Origin: Nannocystales bacterium
GTDB taxonomy: Bacteria > Myxococcota_A > Polyangia > Nannocystales > Nannocystaceae
Assembly: GCA_050633305.1 (NCBI GenBank)
Contig: JBOEGF010000015.1
Location: 160,001 to 224,000 of the forward strand
Direction of reading: 5' to 3'
Length of the DNA: 64,000 bases
The notes under the pieces: model-generated
Databases searched by the model: none
The model's input: the letters and a program-made list of their open reading frames with translations, nothing else
Told to the model about the DNA's origin: nothing
In this document: piece by piece, positions 1 to 9,212 of the stretch
Position numbering within the stretch: position 1 is the stretch's first letter
Layout of the letters: each line of letters starts with the position of its first letter
Made by a program: the position numbers and the translations under genes

Positions 1-360
1 GGGCTCGAGAACTGCTTGTACCCGAGCCCGCAAAGCCGCTTGCCAAGCGGGTTTCCGCGATCGCAAACCCGCAAACCCGCTTGGCGTGAGCGCGGGCTCG
101 CCGTCAACGATCTGTCGGCTTCCGATTCCCGTAGTCTTTTCATATACTTCTGTGCCCCCGGTCCACAGCCGGACACCAGGCTCGGTGGACCTTGCCCGCC
201 CGCGTCGTTCGCACGCGCCAATGATCTCAAGCGCTTGGCAAGATCGTCTGCCGCCTGCTTGCGACACGTCTGTCACACGCGTACACCGGCGAACCCGAGG
301 GGGCGCCAGCGTCTCCTAGGCCTACGACCAGGACCGCTTGCGGGGCACTTTCGCCCCCAT

Positions 361-410
361 GTCCAAGGCGGTCCAAGGCGGTCCAGGGCGGTCCACGACC
401 GTCCAGCACC
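361..410. repeat. 10-bp period tandem repeat (GTCCAAGGCG x2, GTCCAGGGCG, GTCCACGACC, GTCCAGCACC) upstream of dnaA
   Basis: Five GTCCA cores exactly 10 nt apart, read directly from the sequence. Confidence 0.85.
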
Positions 411-559
411 GCTCGAACCGCGCTCTTGCTCTGCAGCAACAGCGCGCAGCCACCCCGTCTTCTTTCCGCCCCGGCCTCTGGCCATCTTCTAAGGGGCACA
501 CCGGGCGACTTCAGCCCAGCCGTTGACGAGATGAGGTGGCACCCCGACCACTGCGCGAA

Positions 560-649
560 TTTCCCACAAGCTGGGGATCCGCTGTGGAAAGGACCGTCTT
601 GTCCGCAGAAAAAGCCCCGTGTTCCTGCGCACTTCTCCACTTGTCCACA
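560..649. promoter_or_regulatory. Cluster of DnaA-box-like 9-mers upstream of dnaA
   Basis: TTTCCCACA (560), TGTGGAAAG (583), TTGTCCGCA (599), TTCTCCACT (633) and TTGTCCACA (641) resemble the TTWTNCACA consensus. Confidence 0.65.
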
Positions 650-678
650 CCTCTCTGCCCACTGTGGACGCCCCCGCT

Positions 679-2106
679 ATGACCGATCTTTGGAACGAGG
701 CACTTCAGGGTTTGCAGCCGCGTCTGGGTCAAGAGACCTACGACCTGTGGCTGCGTCCACTTACCGTCGCCGCCGTCGAGGGACAGACCATCCGTCTGCG
801 CGCGCCGAGCCTGTTTATGAAGGAGTGGTTCGAGAACCACTACATGGAAGCAGTGCTCGACGAGATCGAAGCCCGCACCGAAGCCCGGTACGTCCTCGAT
901 CTTGAAGTCGACCCCAACGCCTCAGAGCTGACCCCAGATCGATCTACGGATCGATCCGCAGCCCCCGCCTCCCAAACTGGAACACAAGCCGGGACCCAAC
1001 CGGCCGCCCCGACGAGCTCCACGTTCGCCGCGCCGGAGCCGGTGACCCCTCATGTGGAGGTTCGCCAGGTCGCGCCTCCACCCGTCGGTCTCTCGGAGCG
1101 CTACCGCTTCGACTCCTTTATCAGCGGAGCGTCCAACGAGCTTGCCGCATCAGCTGCGCGCGCGGCCGCCGACCAACCCGGGACTCGCTTCAACCCGCTG
1201 CTCATCTACGGGGGAGTCGGCCTGGGCAAGACCCACCTCCTTCACGCGGTCGGCCACTCGCTCTACGAGTCGGACCCAACGCGACGCATCACCTATCTGA
1301 GCGCTGAGCGCTTCATGAACGAGTTCATCTCGGCGGTGCGCTACAACCAGTTCGATCAGTTCCGCCGGAAGTACCGCGAAGACTGCGACGTCCTCCTCAT
1401 CGACGACATCCAGTTCATCGCCGGCCGCGACCGCACGATGGATGAGTTCTTCCACGTGTTCAACGCGCTGTACGAAGCGGGCAAACAGATCATGGTCACC
1501 TCCGACCGCACGCCCAGCGACATGCAGAGCATGGAGGACCGCATCACCTCTCGGCTCAACTGGGGTCTCGTCGCCGACATCAAGTCGCCCGACCTCGAGA
1601 CGCGGGTCGCCATCCTTCGCCAGAAGGCCGAGAACGACCGCATCGCGATCGCCGACGATGTCTGCGTTTACCTGGCAGGCCAAGTTCAGAGCAACGTCCG
1701 CGAGCTCGAGGGCGCCCTCGTCCGTGTCTCCACGTTCGCCGACCTCAAGGGCGTTCCGATCACCACAGGCTTCATCCGCGAGGTCATCGGCGAGACCACC
1801 AAAGAACGTCGTCGGAGCCCCGTCACCGTCGAGGCCGTGCAGAAGGCTGTCGCGTCTCACTTCTCGGTGCGCATCGCCGACCTCAAAGGACCCCGGCGTC
1901 ACAAGGGCATCTCCCGCCCACGGATGATCGCGATGTTCCTCGCCCGCGAGCTCACCGGCTCGAGCTTTCCCGAGATCGGTCTCCGCTTCGGTGGCAAGGA
2001 CCACTCCACCGTCATCAACGCGTGCAAGCGCATCACCGCCCTCAGTGACGAAGATCCCGAGCTTCGCTCCGCGGTGAGCCAGCTTCGCGAGCACCTGTCG
2101 AATTAG
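679..2106 (+). CDS. dnaA: Chromosomal replication initiator DnaA
   Basis: FNPLLIYGGVGLGKTHLL Walker A, DVLLIDDIQF, SNVRELEGAL and domain IV GGKDHSTV; start taken at MTDLW (679) because the longer ORF start runs through DnaA boxes. Confidence 0.98.
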   Translation: MTDLWNEALQGLQPRLGQETYDLWLRPLTVAAVEGQTIRLRAPSLFMKEWFENHYMEAVLDEIEARTEARYVLDLEVDPNASELTPDRSTDRSAAPASQTGTQAGTQPAAPTSSTFAAPEPVTPHVEVRQVAPPPVGLSERYRFDSFISGASNELAASAARAAADQPGTRFNPLLIYGGVGLGKTHLLHAVGHSLYESDPTRRITYLSAERFMNEFISAVRYNQFDQFRRKYREDCDVLLIDDIQFIAGRDRTMDEFFHVFNALYEAGKQIMVTSDRTPSDMQSMEDRITSRLNWGLVADIKSPDLETRVAILRQKAENDRIAIADDVCVYLAGQVQSNVRELEGALVRVSTFADLKGVPITTGFIREVIGETTKERRRSPVTVEAVQKAVASHFSVRIADLKGPRRHKGISRPRMIAMFLARELTGSSFPEIGLRFGGKDHSTVINACKRITALSDEDPELRSAVSQLREHLSN

Positions 2107-2112
2107 TCTTTA

Positions 2113-2135
2113 GGGGGAACCTCTCGGTTCCCCCC
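2113..2135 (+). terminator. GC hairpin after the dnaA stop (GGGGGAACC-TCTC-GGTTCCCCC)
   Basis: Perfect 9-bp stem 6 nt after the stop; no U-tract. Confidence 0.5.
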
Positions 2136-2147
2136 GCTGCGGGAGCG

Positions 2148-2348
2148 GAGCTCCCTTCGCTCCCCCTTCCAAGGTCGGGCGGGGGCCCTCGCCTTCCTCG
2201 CTGGGGGGGAAGCTCCCTTCGCTCCCCCTTCCAAGGGGCCCTCGCCTCGCCTTCCTCGCCTGGGGGGGGAAGCTCCCTCGCTCCCCCTTCCAAGGGGCCC
2301 TCGCCTTCCTCGCTGGGGGGGGAAGCGCCCTTGCCTCCTCCTTCCAAG
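2148..2348. repeat. About four tandem 53-60 bp REP-like units (G6-8AAGCTCCCTTCGCTCCCCCTTCCAAGGGGCCCTCGCCTTCCTCGCT)
   Basis: Units start near 2148, 2203, 2262 and 2315; each has an imperfect GGGGGAAGC...GCTCCCCC stem. Confidence 0.85.
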
Positions 2349-2713
2349 CTCAGGCGGCTTGCCCTCGCCTCCGGCAGCTTCCCTCTCACGCTTGGGCGGG
2401 GGCCCTCGGTTTTCTTCGGTGCGGGGTCGTCCTCGCTTCACGGAGGCTTCGTTTTTCTTCCTGGCTCGGGTGCGGGTCTTGTTGCTCCGCACGCGCTTCT
2501 CCTTCCTGGTCGCCCTCGCTTTCGAAGGCTCTCTTCGCGTCTCCTTCCTGGCTCGGCCATAGCTCTCGGGGGCCGGAGCTTGTCGCCGCAGCTCTTGCCG
2601 GTCTGACCTCATCGAGCTGCGGCGACGCGGCTTCCCGACCGACCCGAACAACCCGCACGGAACAACCTCGCCTTGGCTTTGCCAGGCGGGGCGCTCGTGT
2701 TGGTTCACCCCGC

Positions 2714-2945
2714 TCACCCACAGGTTGTGCACAACCCTGTGGATGAGTCTGAGGACAGCTTGGGGTTGGTTCGGGGGACAACTCGGGCCCCTCTGGTTGT
2801 CCCCCGATGTGGGTCCATATCCCCGACGAACCCCCCAGCAAAACCCACCGAAAAAGTGCCCTGAGATCAGCGCTGTAGGGCGGTTTTCCACTTTTCCCCA
2901 GGACAGACTGAGAAGACGAGAATTAAATAGAAATTTTGCTTTACT
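2714..2945. other. oriC: Putative oriC: DnaA boxes, DnaA-trio-like run and AT-rich unwinding element
   Basis: TCACCCACA 2714, TTGTGCACA 2725, TGTGGATGA 2738, tandem TTTTCCACT/TTTTCCCCA 2884-2900, NAN triplets 2906-2926 and AT-rich 2921-2943, all in the dnaA-dnaN spacer. Confidence 0.75.
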
Positions 2946-3005
2946 GTCTCTCCCGCACGCACCTGGGACGACATGCCCGGGCGAGCAACACGAGGACCAT
3001 CCGTG

Positions 3006-4118
3006 ATGGAGTTCGAGATCGATCAGAGCCGCTTTCTCGCTGCGTTGTCCCTGGCCCAGACGGTGGCCGACAAGCGCGGCACCATGCCTGTCTTGGCCAA
3101 CGTCCTGCTTCGCGCAAACGCGGATGGCAGCGTGGTGTGCTCAGCGACCGACATGATGACGTCTCTCACCGAGACGGTGTCCGCTGAGGTCAAGACGCCC
3201 GGCAGCCTCACCGTGGGCGTGAAGCACCTTCACGGCGTTGTTCGAACGCTGCCCTCGGGAAACGTTCGGGTGAAGGGCTTGGACAACCACTGGATCCAGC
3301 TCAACGCAGGCCGCAGCGAGTTCAAGTTGATGGGGATGCCCGAGAGCGACTTCCCGGAGTTGCCCGATGCAAGCGGCGGCAAGTCTCAGCTCGACTACGT
3401 CGAGATTCCCGCCCATGCGCTCAGTGACCTGATCGCAAAAACGCACTTCTCGGTGTCTACCGATGAAGCACGGGTCAACCTCAACGGAGTCCTGTTCGAG
3501 TGTGACGGTGAGCATGGAATCATGGTGTCCACGGATGGCCACCGCCTCACCAAGTTCGAGCTCGAGCTCAAGGGCCCCAAGCTCGACAAGGGGATCATCA
3601 TCCCGCGCAAGGGCATGCTCGAAATCCGCCGGGTGCTCGACCGCGCCTCGGGTGATGTTGGCCTCGCGGTGAACGACCAACACCTGTTCGTCAAGGCGGC
3701 GGACATGGTGCTGTCGGTCAAGCTCAACAACGTCACCTTCCCCCCCTACAAGGCCGTGATCCCCGCAGCCTTCCAACGTTTCGCTGTTCTGGGCCGGGAC
3801 GACTTGCTCCACTCTCTCCGGCGCGCGGAAGTCATGGCTCCCGAAAAAACCGCGACCGTCCGGGTCTCCCTCACCCCTGGGAAGCTGGAGCTCACCTCCG
3901 ACAACCCCGATCTCGGCGTTGCCCATCAAGAGCTGCCCATCGACTACGACGGGGAAGAGCTGACAGCTGGCTTCAACGCCCGGTACCTCATCGAGGTTCT
4001 CGACGTGATCGACACCCAGGAGGTTCGACTCGAGTTCCAAGGCGAACTCGACCCGTGTGTCGTGAAGCCGATGGACGGTCCGGACTTCATCGGCGTCGTC
4101 ATGCCGATGCGGATTTAG
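3006..4118 (+). CDS. dnaN: DNA polymerase III beta sliding clamp
   Basis: VSTDGHRL, IIPRKG, GFNARYLIEVL and C-terminal VVMPMRI; follows dnaA. Confidence 0.97.
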   Translation: MEFEIDQSRFLAALSLAQTVADKRGTMPVLANVLLRANADGSVVCSATDMMTSLTETVSAEVKTPGSLTVGVKHLHGVVRTLPSGNVRVKGLDNHWIQLNAGRSEFKLMGMPESDFPELPDASGGKSQLDYVEIPAHALSDLIAKTHFSVSTDEARVNLNGVLFECDGEHGIMVSTDGHRLTKFELELKGPKLDKGIIIPRKGMLEIRRVLDRASGDVGLAVNDQHLFVKAADMVLSVKLNNVTFPPYKAVIPAAFQRFAVLGRDDLLHSLRRAEVMAPEKTATVRVSLTPGKLELTSDNPDLGVAHQELPIDYDGEELTAGFNARYLIEVLDVIDTQEVRLEFQGELDPCVVKPMDGPDFIGVVMPMRI

Positions 4119-4223
4119 AATCCGTCAAAGCTGAAGGAGAGCCGCTGCCGAGTCCACGTGACTGGCACCGGCTCTTTTTCGTGCTTTCGGACCCTGAGCT
4201 GTCTTGGTCCTCCTCCACCCAAG

Positions 4224-5309
4224 TCAGGCTGCACAGGTCGCACCGTCTTCGTCTTCTGTGCACTCGCACTCGAACCCGGGAAGGATGTGCCCCGCGAAAC
4301 AGACCGAGAGCAGGTCGCCCATGCAGAAGGAATCAACAGGTTCTTCGCAGGGTTCTGCATCGAGCGGCGCGCACAGAGCCACCTCCTGACAGTCAAAAAG
4401 AACGCAGGTCTCATCGACGAGGCATTGCGTGTCCGCGTCACACTGAGTTTCCAGCTCAACCCCGTCGAAGCCGCACCATCGGGCAAGTCCGTCCGCACAC
4501 GTGGCCGAATACGTCTGCGAATCACAGGCGACGGAGTCTTTGTCTCGACACCCAGCGCCGCCCAAACCCTCGAAGCACAGGTCCCCATCGGAACACTCGC
4601 GCTCTTTGGTCCACCCATCGACTCCGCAACTCACGACGCTCCGCGCTCCCTGACACATCGACCGAAAACCTTCGGGGTCACACGAGACGGCAGCGCTGGA
4701 AACGCAAGTGCCTCCGTATACCCCTGTTCGACATACGTCTCCGGGCTCGCACGGTGCCGCGACCTCAAAGCCATGGTCCCAGCAACTGACGACCGTGGCG
4801 CCTTCGCAATACGGATCGTCTTCGGGCCAATCGCATGGTGTGTCCTCCGGCCCGAAGCACTCGTCGTGGCTGCATGCGCCGCCCGGCGGGCATCCTTCGA
4901 ACCGCCAGAAGCCAGCCTTGCAGGCGAGGATCCCTCCGGGATCGATGCACCGTTCGTACTCATCCTCGCAAGGCTCCCCAACTCGCCAGACACAACCGGG
5001 TCCGTCCGCGCCGACCTCACAGCGGGACCGCGAGCCACATCCCCCGATCTCCACGAAGCCGTCCTCCGAGCATTCGACGACTCGTCCCTCGACGCAGGTG
5101 GCGACGAAGGTCTCCGGGTCGCAAGTGGGGGCACCGTTGCTGTCCGAGCTGGGGTCGGTCGAGGCCGCCCCGCTGGAGCCCGTCGACCCCACGTCTCCGC
5201 CTGCCCCGAGGCAGCCGGCCACCAAGAGCGCTCCGGCGACCGACAAGAGGAGGGGTCGCCCCGGAATCGGTGCCTGGCCGGAGCGAGTGATTTTCATCCG
5301 TCGAATCAT
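4224..5309 (-). CDS. Cys-rich repeat lipoprotein (myxobacterial type)
   Basis: Lipobox LVAGC, S/T/G linker, repeated C-x-G-x4-C modules. Confidence 0.75.
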   Translation of the reverse strand: MIRRMKITRSGQAPIPGRPLLLSVAGALLVAGCLGAGGDVGSTGSSGAASTDPSSDSNGAPTCDPETFVATCVEGRVVECSEDGFVEIGGCGSRSRCEVGADGPGCVWRVGEPCEDEYERCIDPGGILACKAGFWRFEGCPPGGACSHDECFGPEDTPCDWPEDDPYCEGATVVSCWDHGFEVAAPCEPGDVCRTGVYGGTCVSSAAVSCDPEGFRSMCQGARSVVSCGVDGWTKERECSDGDLCFEGLGGAGCRDKDSVACDSQTYSATCADGLARWCGFDGVELETQCDADTQCLVDETCVLFDCQEVALCAPLDAEPCEEPVDSFCMGDLLSVCFAGHILPGFECECTEDEDGATCAA

Positions 5310-5325
5310 GGCTGCTCCTCCGAGT

Positions 5326-6387
5326 TCAGGGATTCAAGAAAATGGCGACGTCCAAGGATGCGTCTTTGTTGTCCGACACGGTCGCGGCCGTATCGGGCAG
5401 CGCAACACCATCCCCCGCGTCAGGGAACAGACCGGCCCCGATGAGATTCCGGTTTCGGTCAAGCACCACGTTCGCGAAGTACGAGCCTGGATGAATTTGC
5501 TCGACCGAGAGCGCCGCGTGGATCGAACCTTCCAAGGCCGTCACATGAATGAATCGACTCGGCACGCAATTCTGGGCGGGATCGACACCGCACGGCGTGG
5601 TGCTGAGTACAACCCAAACATCTCCGGGCTCGGGTAGCGGTGTCGTCCACGAAACGTCGATGCTCAGCGTCGGTAGGGGTGGAAACTCGGCGTCCGGTGC
5701 GACGCTCACGCTCGGAAGATCCGCGACGATCGTAGGCCTGCCTTCGCGGCGCATGGCCATCCACTCGATGTGGCGCATCCCCATGACATCCGCTTCAAGC
5801 CTCAGCGTCTCCACCCCGAACTCGAACGTCGCATCGACGTAGCCGCATCCTCCAAATCGCGCGCAAAACCTCCACGTCATCCGATCCTCGGAAACGTCCT
5901 CGAGCACCGTTCTCGTGTCGCGCAGGATTCCAAGGAACTCGCCGCCGTTGCGAAACACCAGCTCGTCCACACCCTCCGGCGCCTCGCGTTCGAAGCCAAA
6001 GCGCAGCGAGTTGTCCCCGTCGAGATCGACTCTCGAGAAGAGCGTCTCTCCGGCCACTCGGATATCCATGTTCATCGTGGGGAAGTCGCCAGCCGACGTC
6101 GTGGAGCTGACCGGGGCGACCCACAGCCCGGGCAGCCGCGCGAAGAAGTCCTCGAAGGCGGCGGGGTCTTCGTCTTCCTCGGCCGATGTGGTTCCCGTCC
6201 CACTGCTCTCATCCCCGCTTTCCCCGCCCAGCGTCCCGGCCAGCGAGGTGACGCCGGAAGAGCTCGAGCTTTCCAGTGCGGTCTCCCCGGTGGAGGCCGT
6301 CTCCGTTCCTCCGACTCCGTCGGCGCTCGAGCACCCCAGGAGCCATCCGGCCAGGAAAACGAGGCTTCCGAGCTTTCGTGTCACCAT
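5326..6387 (-). CDS. Hypothetical lipoprotein
   Basis: MVTRKLGSLVFLAGWLLGC lipobox, S/T/E linker, globular C-terminal part. Confidence 0.75.
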   Translation of the reverse strand: MVTRKLGSLVFLAGWLLGCSSADGVGGTETASTGETALESSSSSGVTSLAGTLGGESGDESSGTGTTSAEEDEDPAAFEDFFARLPGLWVAPVSSTTSAGDFPTMNMDIRVAGETLFSRVDLDGDNSLRFGFEREAPEGVDELVFRNGGEFLGILRDTRTVLEDVSEDRMTWRFCARFGGCGYVDATFEFGVETLRLEADVMGMRHIEWMAMRREGRPTIVADLPSVSVAPDAEFPPLPTLSIDVSWTTPLPEPGDVWVVLSTTPCGVDPAQNCVPSRFIHVTALEGSIHAALSVEQIHPGSYFANVVLDRNRNLIGAGLFPDAGDGVALPDTAATVSDNKDASLDVAIFLNP

Positions 6388-6518
6388 GTGCCGCTTGAGT
6401 GGCCAAGAACCGCCCGGACTCGTGAATGGCGGAACGTGCTCCTTCTCACTACCTTGATGGCCCCTCGCACGGTGCCACGCATGGCTCCGACTGGCTCTTC
6501 GCCGCATTCTCGGCTCCC

Positions 6519-7673
6519 ATGCAGCTTGAGCGCATCGGTCTTCGGGACTACCGGAACTTTGAGAGCGCCAGCATCGATTTTGCCGAGCGGTTCACCATTC
6601 TGCACGGCCACAACGGTGCGGGAAAGACCGCGGTCCTCGAGGCCATCTATCTGCTCAACACCCTCCGCTCGTTTCGCAGCTCCGACATGGGCCCGCTCGT
6701 TCGAACGGGCACAGGAGCAGCGTTGGTCGAGGCCACCGTTCAGGATCCTGTAGCCGGGTTGCCCTCGAAGCTCGAGGTTCGGTTGGAGCGCCGAGAAAAG
6801 TCGACCCGCCGCACCGCGAGCGCCGACGGGAAGGTCGTTCGCTCGGGGGCTCAGTTCTACGGACGCGTTCGGTCCATTCTCTTTACGCCCGAAGACTTGG
6901 CCGTGTTGCGCGGGGGGCCTTCGGGGCGGCGGCAGTTTCTCGACCGGATGGTGTTCGCCCGCGACAAGGGGCACATCGCCGACATCCAGGCCTACGAAAA
7001 ACTCGTCCGCTCGCGAAATCAGGTCCTCAAGCGAGACGACCTCAGTGGAACTGCTCGCAACGATCTCCTCGACACTTACGAGACCGGTCTCTCCGAAGTT
7101 GGTGCGCGTGTTTGGACCCGACGCGCCAACATGGTCGAGTCGCTCTCGGCTCCCTTCGCCGCCGCCTTCGGTGGCATCCATGGCTCCATTGGCTCGACAC
7201 CTGGCGGCGGCCAAGCCATGCACGCCTCGGCGCACTACATCTCCAAGGTCGACGCCGAGCCGGACGCGCGCGAGGCTGGACTGCGGGCCGCGCTGCTGGA
7301 CCGGCGCGGCGAAGACCTCCGCCGCCGCGTCACCACCGTAGGGCCTCATCGCGATGACCTCGACGTTCGTCTCGACGACAACGCCGCTGCCGACTTCGCA
7401 TCGCAAGGCCAGGCTCGTGCGCTGGTCCTCGCTTTCAAACTCGCCGAGCTCCGAGCTGCCCGAGAGACCTCCGGCCAACCCCCCTTGCTTCTGCTCGACG
7501 ACGTTTCCAGCGAGCTCGACCCAACCCGAACCGCGATGCTCTTCGAGACTCTCGCCTCCGACGCCGGTCAATGCGTCATGACCACGACGGACGCAGCCTT
7601 CATCCGCCTCCCCGAGGGCTCGAAGCCCGCCACCTGGCGCATCGACCGAGGCACCGCCACCCTCGAACACTAG
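6519..7673 (+). CDS. recF: DNA replication/repair protein RecF
   Basis: DYRNF, GHNGAGKT, GGPSGRRQFLD, GPHRDDL, ASQGQ and LLLDDVSSELD. Confidence 0.97.
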   Translation: MQLERIGLRDYRNFESASIDFAERFTILHGHNGAGKTAVLEAIYLLNTLRSFRSSDMGPLVRTGTGAALVEATVQDPVAGLPSKLEVRLERREKSTRRTASADGKVVRSGAQFYGRVRSILFTPEDLAVLRGGPSGRRQFLDRMVFARDKGHIADIQAYEKLVRSRNQVLKRDDLSGTARNDLLDTYETGLSEVGARVWTRRANMVESLSAPFAAAFGGIHGSIGSTPGGGQAMHASAHYISKVDAEPDAREAGLRAALLDRRGEDLRRRVTTVGPHRDDLDVRLDDNAAADFASQGQARALVLAFKLAELRAARETSGQPPLLLLDDVSSELDPTRTAMLFETLASDAGQCVMTTTDAAFIRLPEGSKPATWRIDRGTATLEH

Positions 7674-7811
7674 GGGGCGTCCCCTCGGCTGTCCGTTCGT
7701 CGGTCAGCGGCCCCTGCCTCGTTGCAGATACCGCCCAAGCGATTGGGACAGCCGCCCCATCCGTTCCGATAGTGCGAAACGAATGGTGGCTGCCGCCGCG
7801 AAGCGGCGTGG

Positions 7812-8198
7812 TTACAGGACTGGGACGGTGACCGTCACGTCGACGCAGTCTTCGAGACGTCCATCGACCACGACGTCCATGCAGGCTTGGCCGGGGGCGA
7901 TGCCGACGATGACGAACTCTTCGTCATCGGGTCGGGGGTAGACTTCGAAGACGTTCTTGTCGGAGGAGAAGAGTTCGAGCTCTCCGTTGCCTGGGTAGCG
8001 TTCCCGAGTCTCGCTTCGAATGCTGGCCTGCACGACGACGGCCGTTCCTGCGGGGAGTTCGACACGGTTGCCACGGACGGTGACCGGCGCAGGTGGGTTG
8101 CTCTGGGTGGTGAGCGAGATCGAGTCGTAGGAGGGTTGGCATGCCAGGGTGCCCAACGCGAGCGCGGCTACGAGAAACTGTTGTGCTGCGGACTTCAT
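7812..8198 (-). CDS. Small Ig-like lipoprotein (paralog of 13881-14252)
   Basis: Lipobox TLAC; ATGA overlap with the upstream gene; C-x9-10-C beta-rich C-terminus. Confidence 0.75.
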   Translation of the reverse strand: MKSAAQQFLVAALALGTLACQPSYDSISLTTQSNPPAPVTVRGNRVELPAGTAVVVQASIRSETRERYPGNGELELFSSDKNVFEVYPRPDDEEFVIVGIAPGQACMDVVVDGRLEDCVDVTVTVPVL

Positions 8199-9031
8199 GC
8201 TCCCGTGCTCCCGTCGGTATCGGTGTCAGAGTCTGTATCGGTATCCGTGCCGGTCTCGGCACCCGAGTCGCTACCGCCATCGGTGTCGGTCCCTGAGTCG
8301 GTGTCGGTCTCTGGGTCGGGCTCTGTGGTCGGACCGTCGACGGTGACCTCGACCATGACTTCTTGGGTGAAGCCGCCGGCCTCGATGACGAGTGTGGTGA
8401 CGCCTTCGGAGAGGGCCTCGATGGTGACGTCGAAGTCCTCATCGATGGTCACGACTTCGGCAATCTCGGGGGCCGCGGTCGACCAGGCGTAGTCGAGCGA
8501 CCCTGCCAGGGTCGAGCGGAGCCGGTCTTGCGGAACCGCGAAGACGGTGATCGATTCGCCCAGGGCAAGCTCGATGGTGTCGAGGTCTTGGCTGTCCATC
8601 GTTCGCACGGAGATGCGCTCGATGTCAGCGGCGAGGATGTGTTGGAGGTCGATCACCTCGCTCTCATTCGAGACCGCAAGGAACACTTGATGGCCGGCTT
8701 GCTCGATACTGAACGCGCCGAGCTCCTCCCGGACCAGGGTCTGGTTGGGCGCTTCGATTCGGAGCCCAACGCCATCGTTGAAGATCGTATCGTTGGGGTT
8801 GAAATCGAGCGCGAAGCGCCCGCCGACGGCGATCCTCTCGGGGAACGTTTCAGCGACGCTCCCCTGGGCACACAGAGGGTCCGCGTCGCCGACGCAGACG
8901 TAGAGGAAGTCGCCGGCTCCAAGTTCACCAGGTCGCGAGGGTCGGTCGTCGGCGTCCTGGTCGATGACGCAGCCAGAGGCGGCCAGCGCGGTGATGGCAG
9001 TGATAAGTCCCAAAGTCAGTCGCATGGTCAA
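8195..9031 (-). CDS. Ig-like (Big_2-like) lipoprotein with TD-repeat tail (paralog of 13027-13884)
   Basis: Lipobox ASGC; FPERIAVGG and LAGSLDYAWST motifs; acidic TDTD tail. Confidence 0.75.
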   Translation of the reverse strand: MTMRLTLGLITAITALAASGCVIDQDADDRPSRPGELGAGDFLYVCVGDADPLCAQGSVAETFPERIAVGGRFALDFNPNDTIFNDGVGLRIEAPNQTLVREELGAFSIEQAGHQVFLAVSNESEVIDLQHILAADIERISVRTMDSQDLDTIELALGESITVFAVPQDRLRSTLAGSLDYAWSTAAPEIAEVVTIDEDFDVTIEALSEGVTTLVIEAGGFTQEVMVEVTVDGPTTEPDPETDTDSGTDTDGGSDSGAETGTDTDTDSDTDTDGSTGA

Positions 9032-9212
9032 GTCTCCAATCTGGGAAGGGCCGGGCCCTCCCTGTCGATGTGTGACCGGAAGCCAATTCGATCCGTGAAC
9101 GCCGTGGAAAAAAACGACAAACGACCCAATCCGGGAGCGTAGCGGTGGTCACGCGATCAACGCTTCCGCGGATCTGGGGACAGAACGGAGGGGGCAGCGT
9201 CACTACCCGTCG

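Noticed and set aside
1..143. Minus-strand ORF starting MKRLRE, in the position where rpmH often lies
   Set aside because: The translation does not match L34 (no MKRTYQP or R-rich motif)
2148..2348. Possible CRISPR array
   Set aside because: Units are contiguous with no unique spacers, and no cas genes are present
2103..2891. 262-aa minus-strand ORF in the dnaA-dnaN spacer
   Set aside because: Low-complexity translation of repeats and DnaA boxes; no family motif
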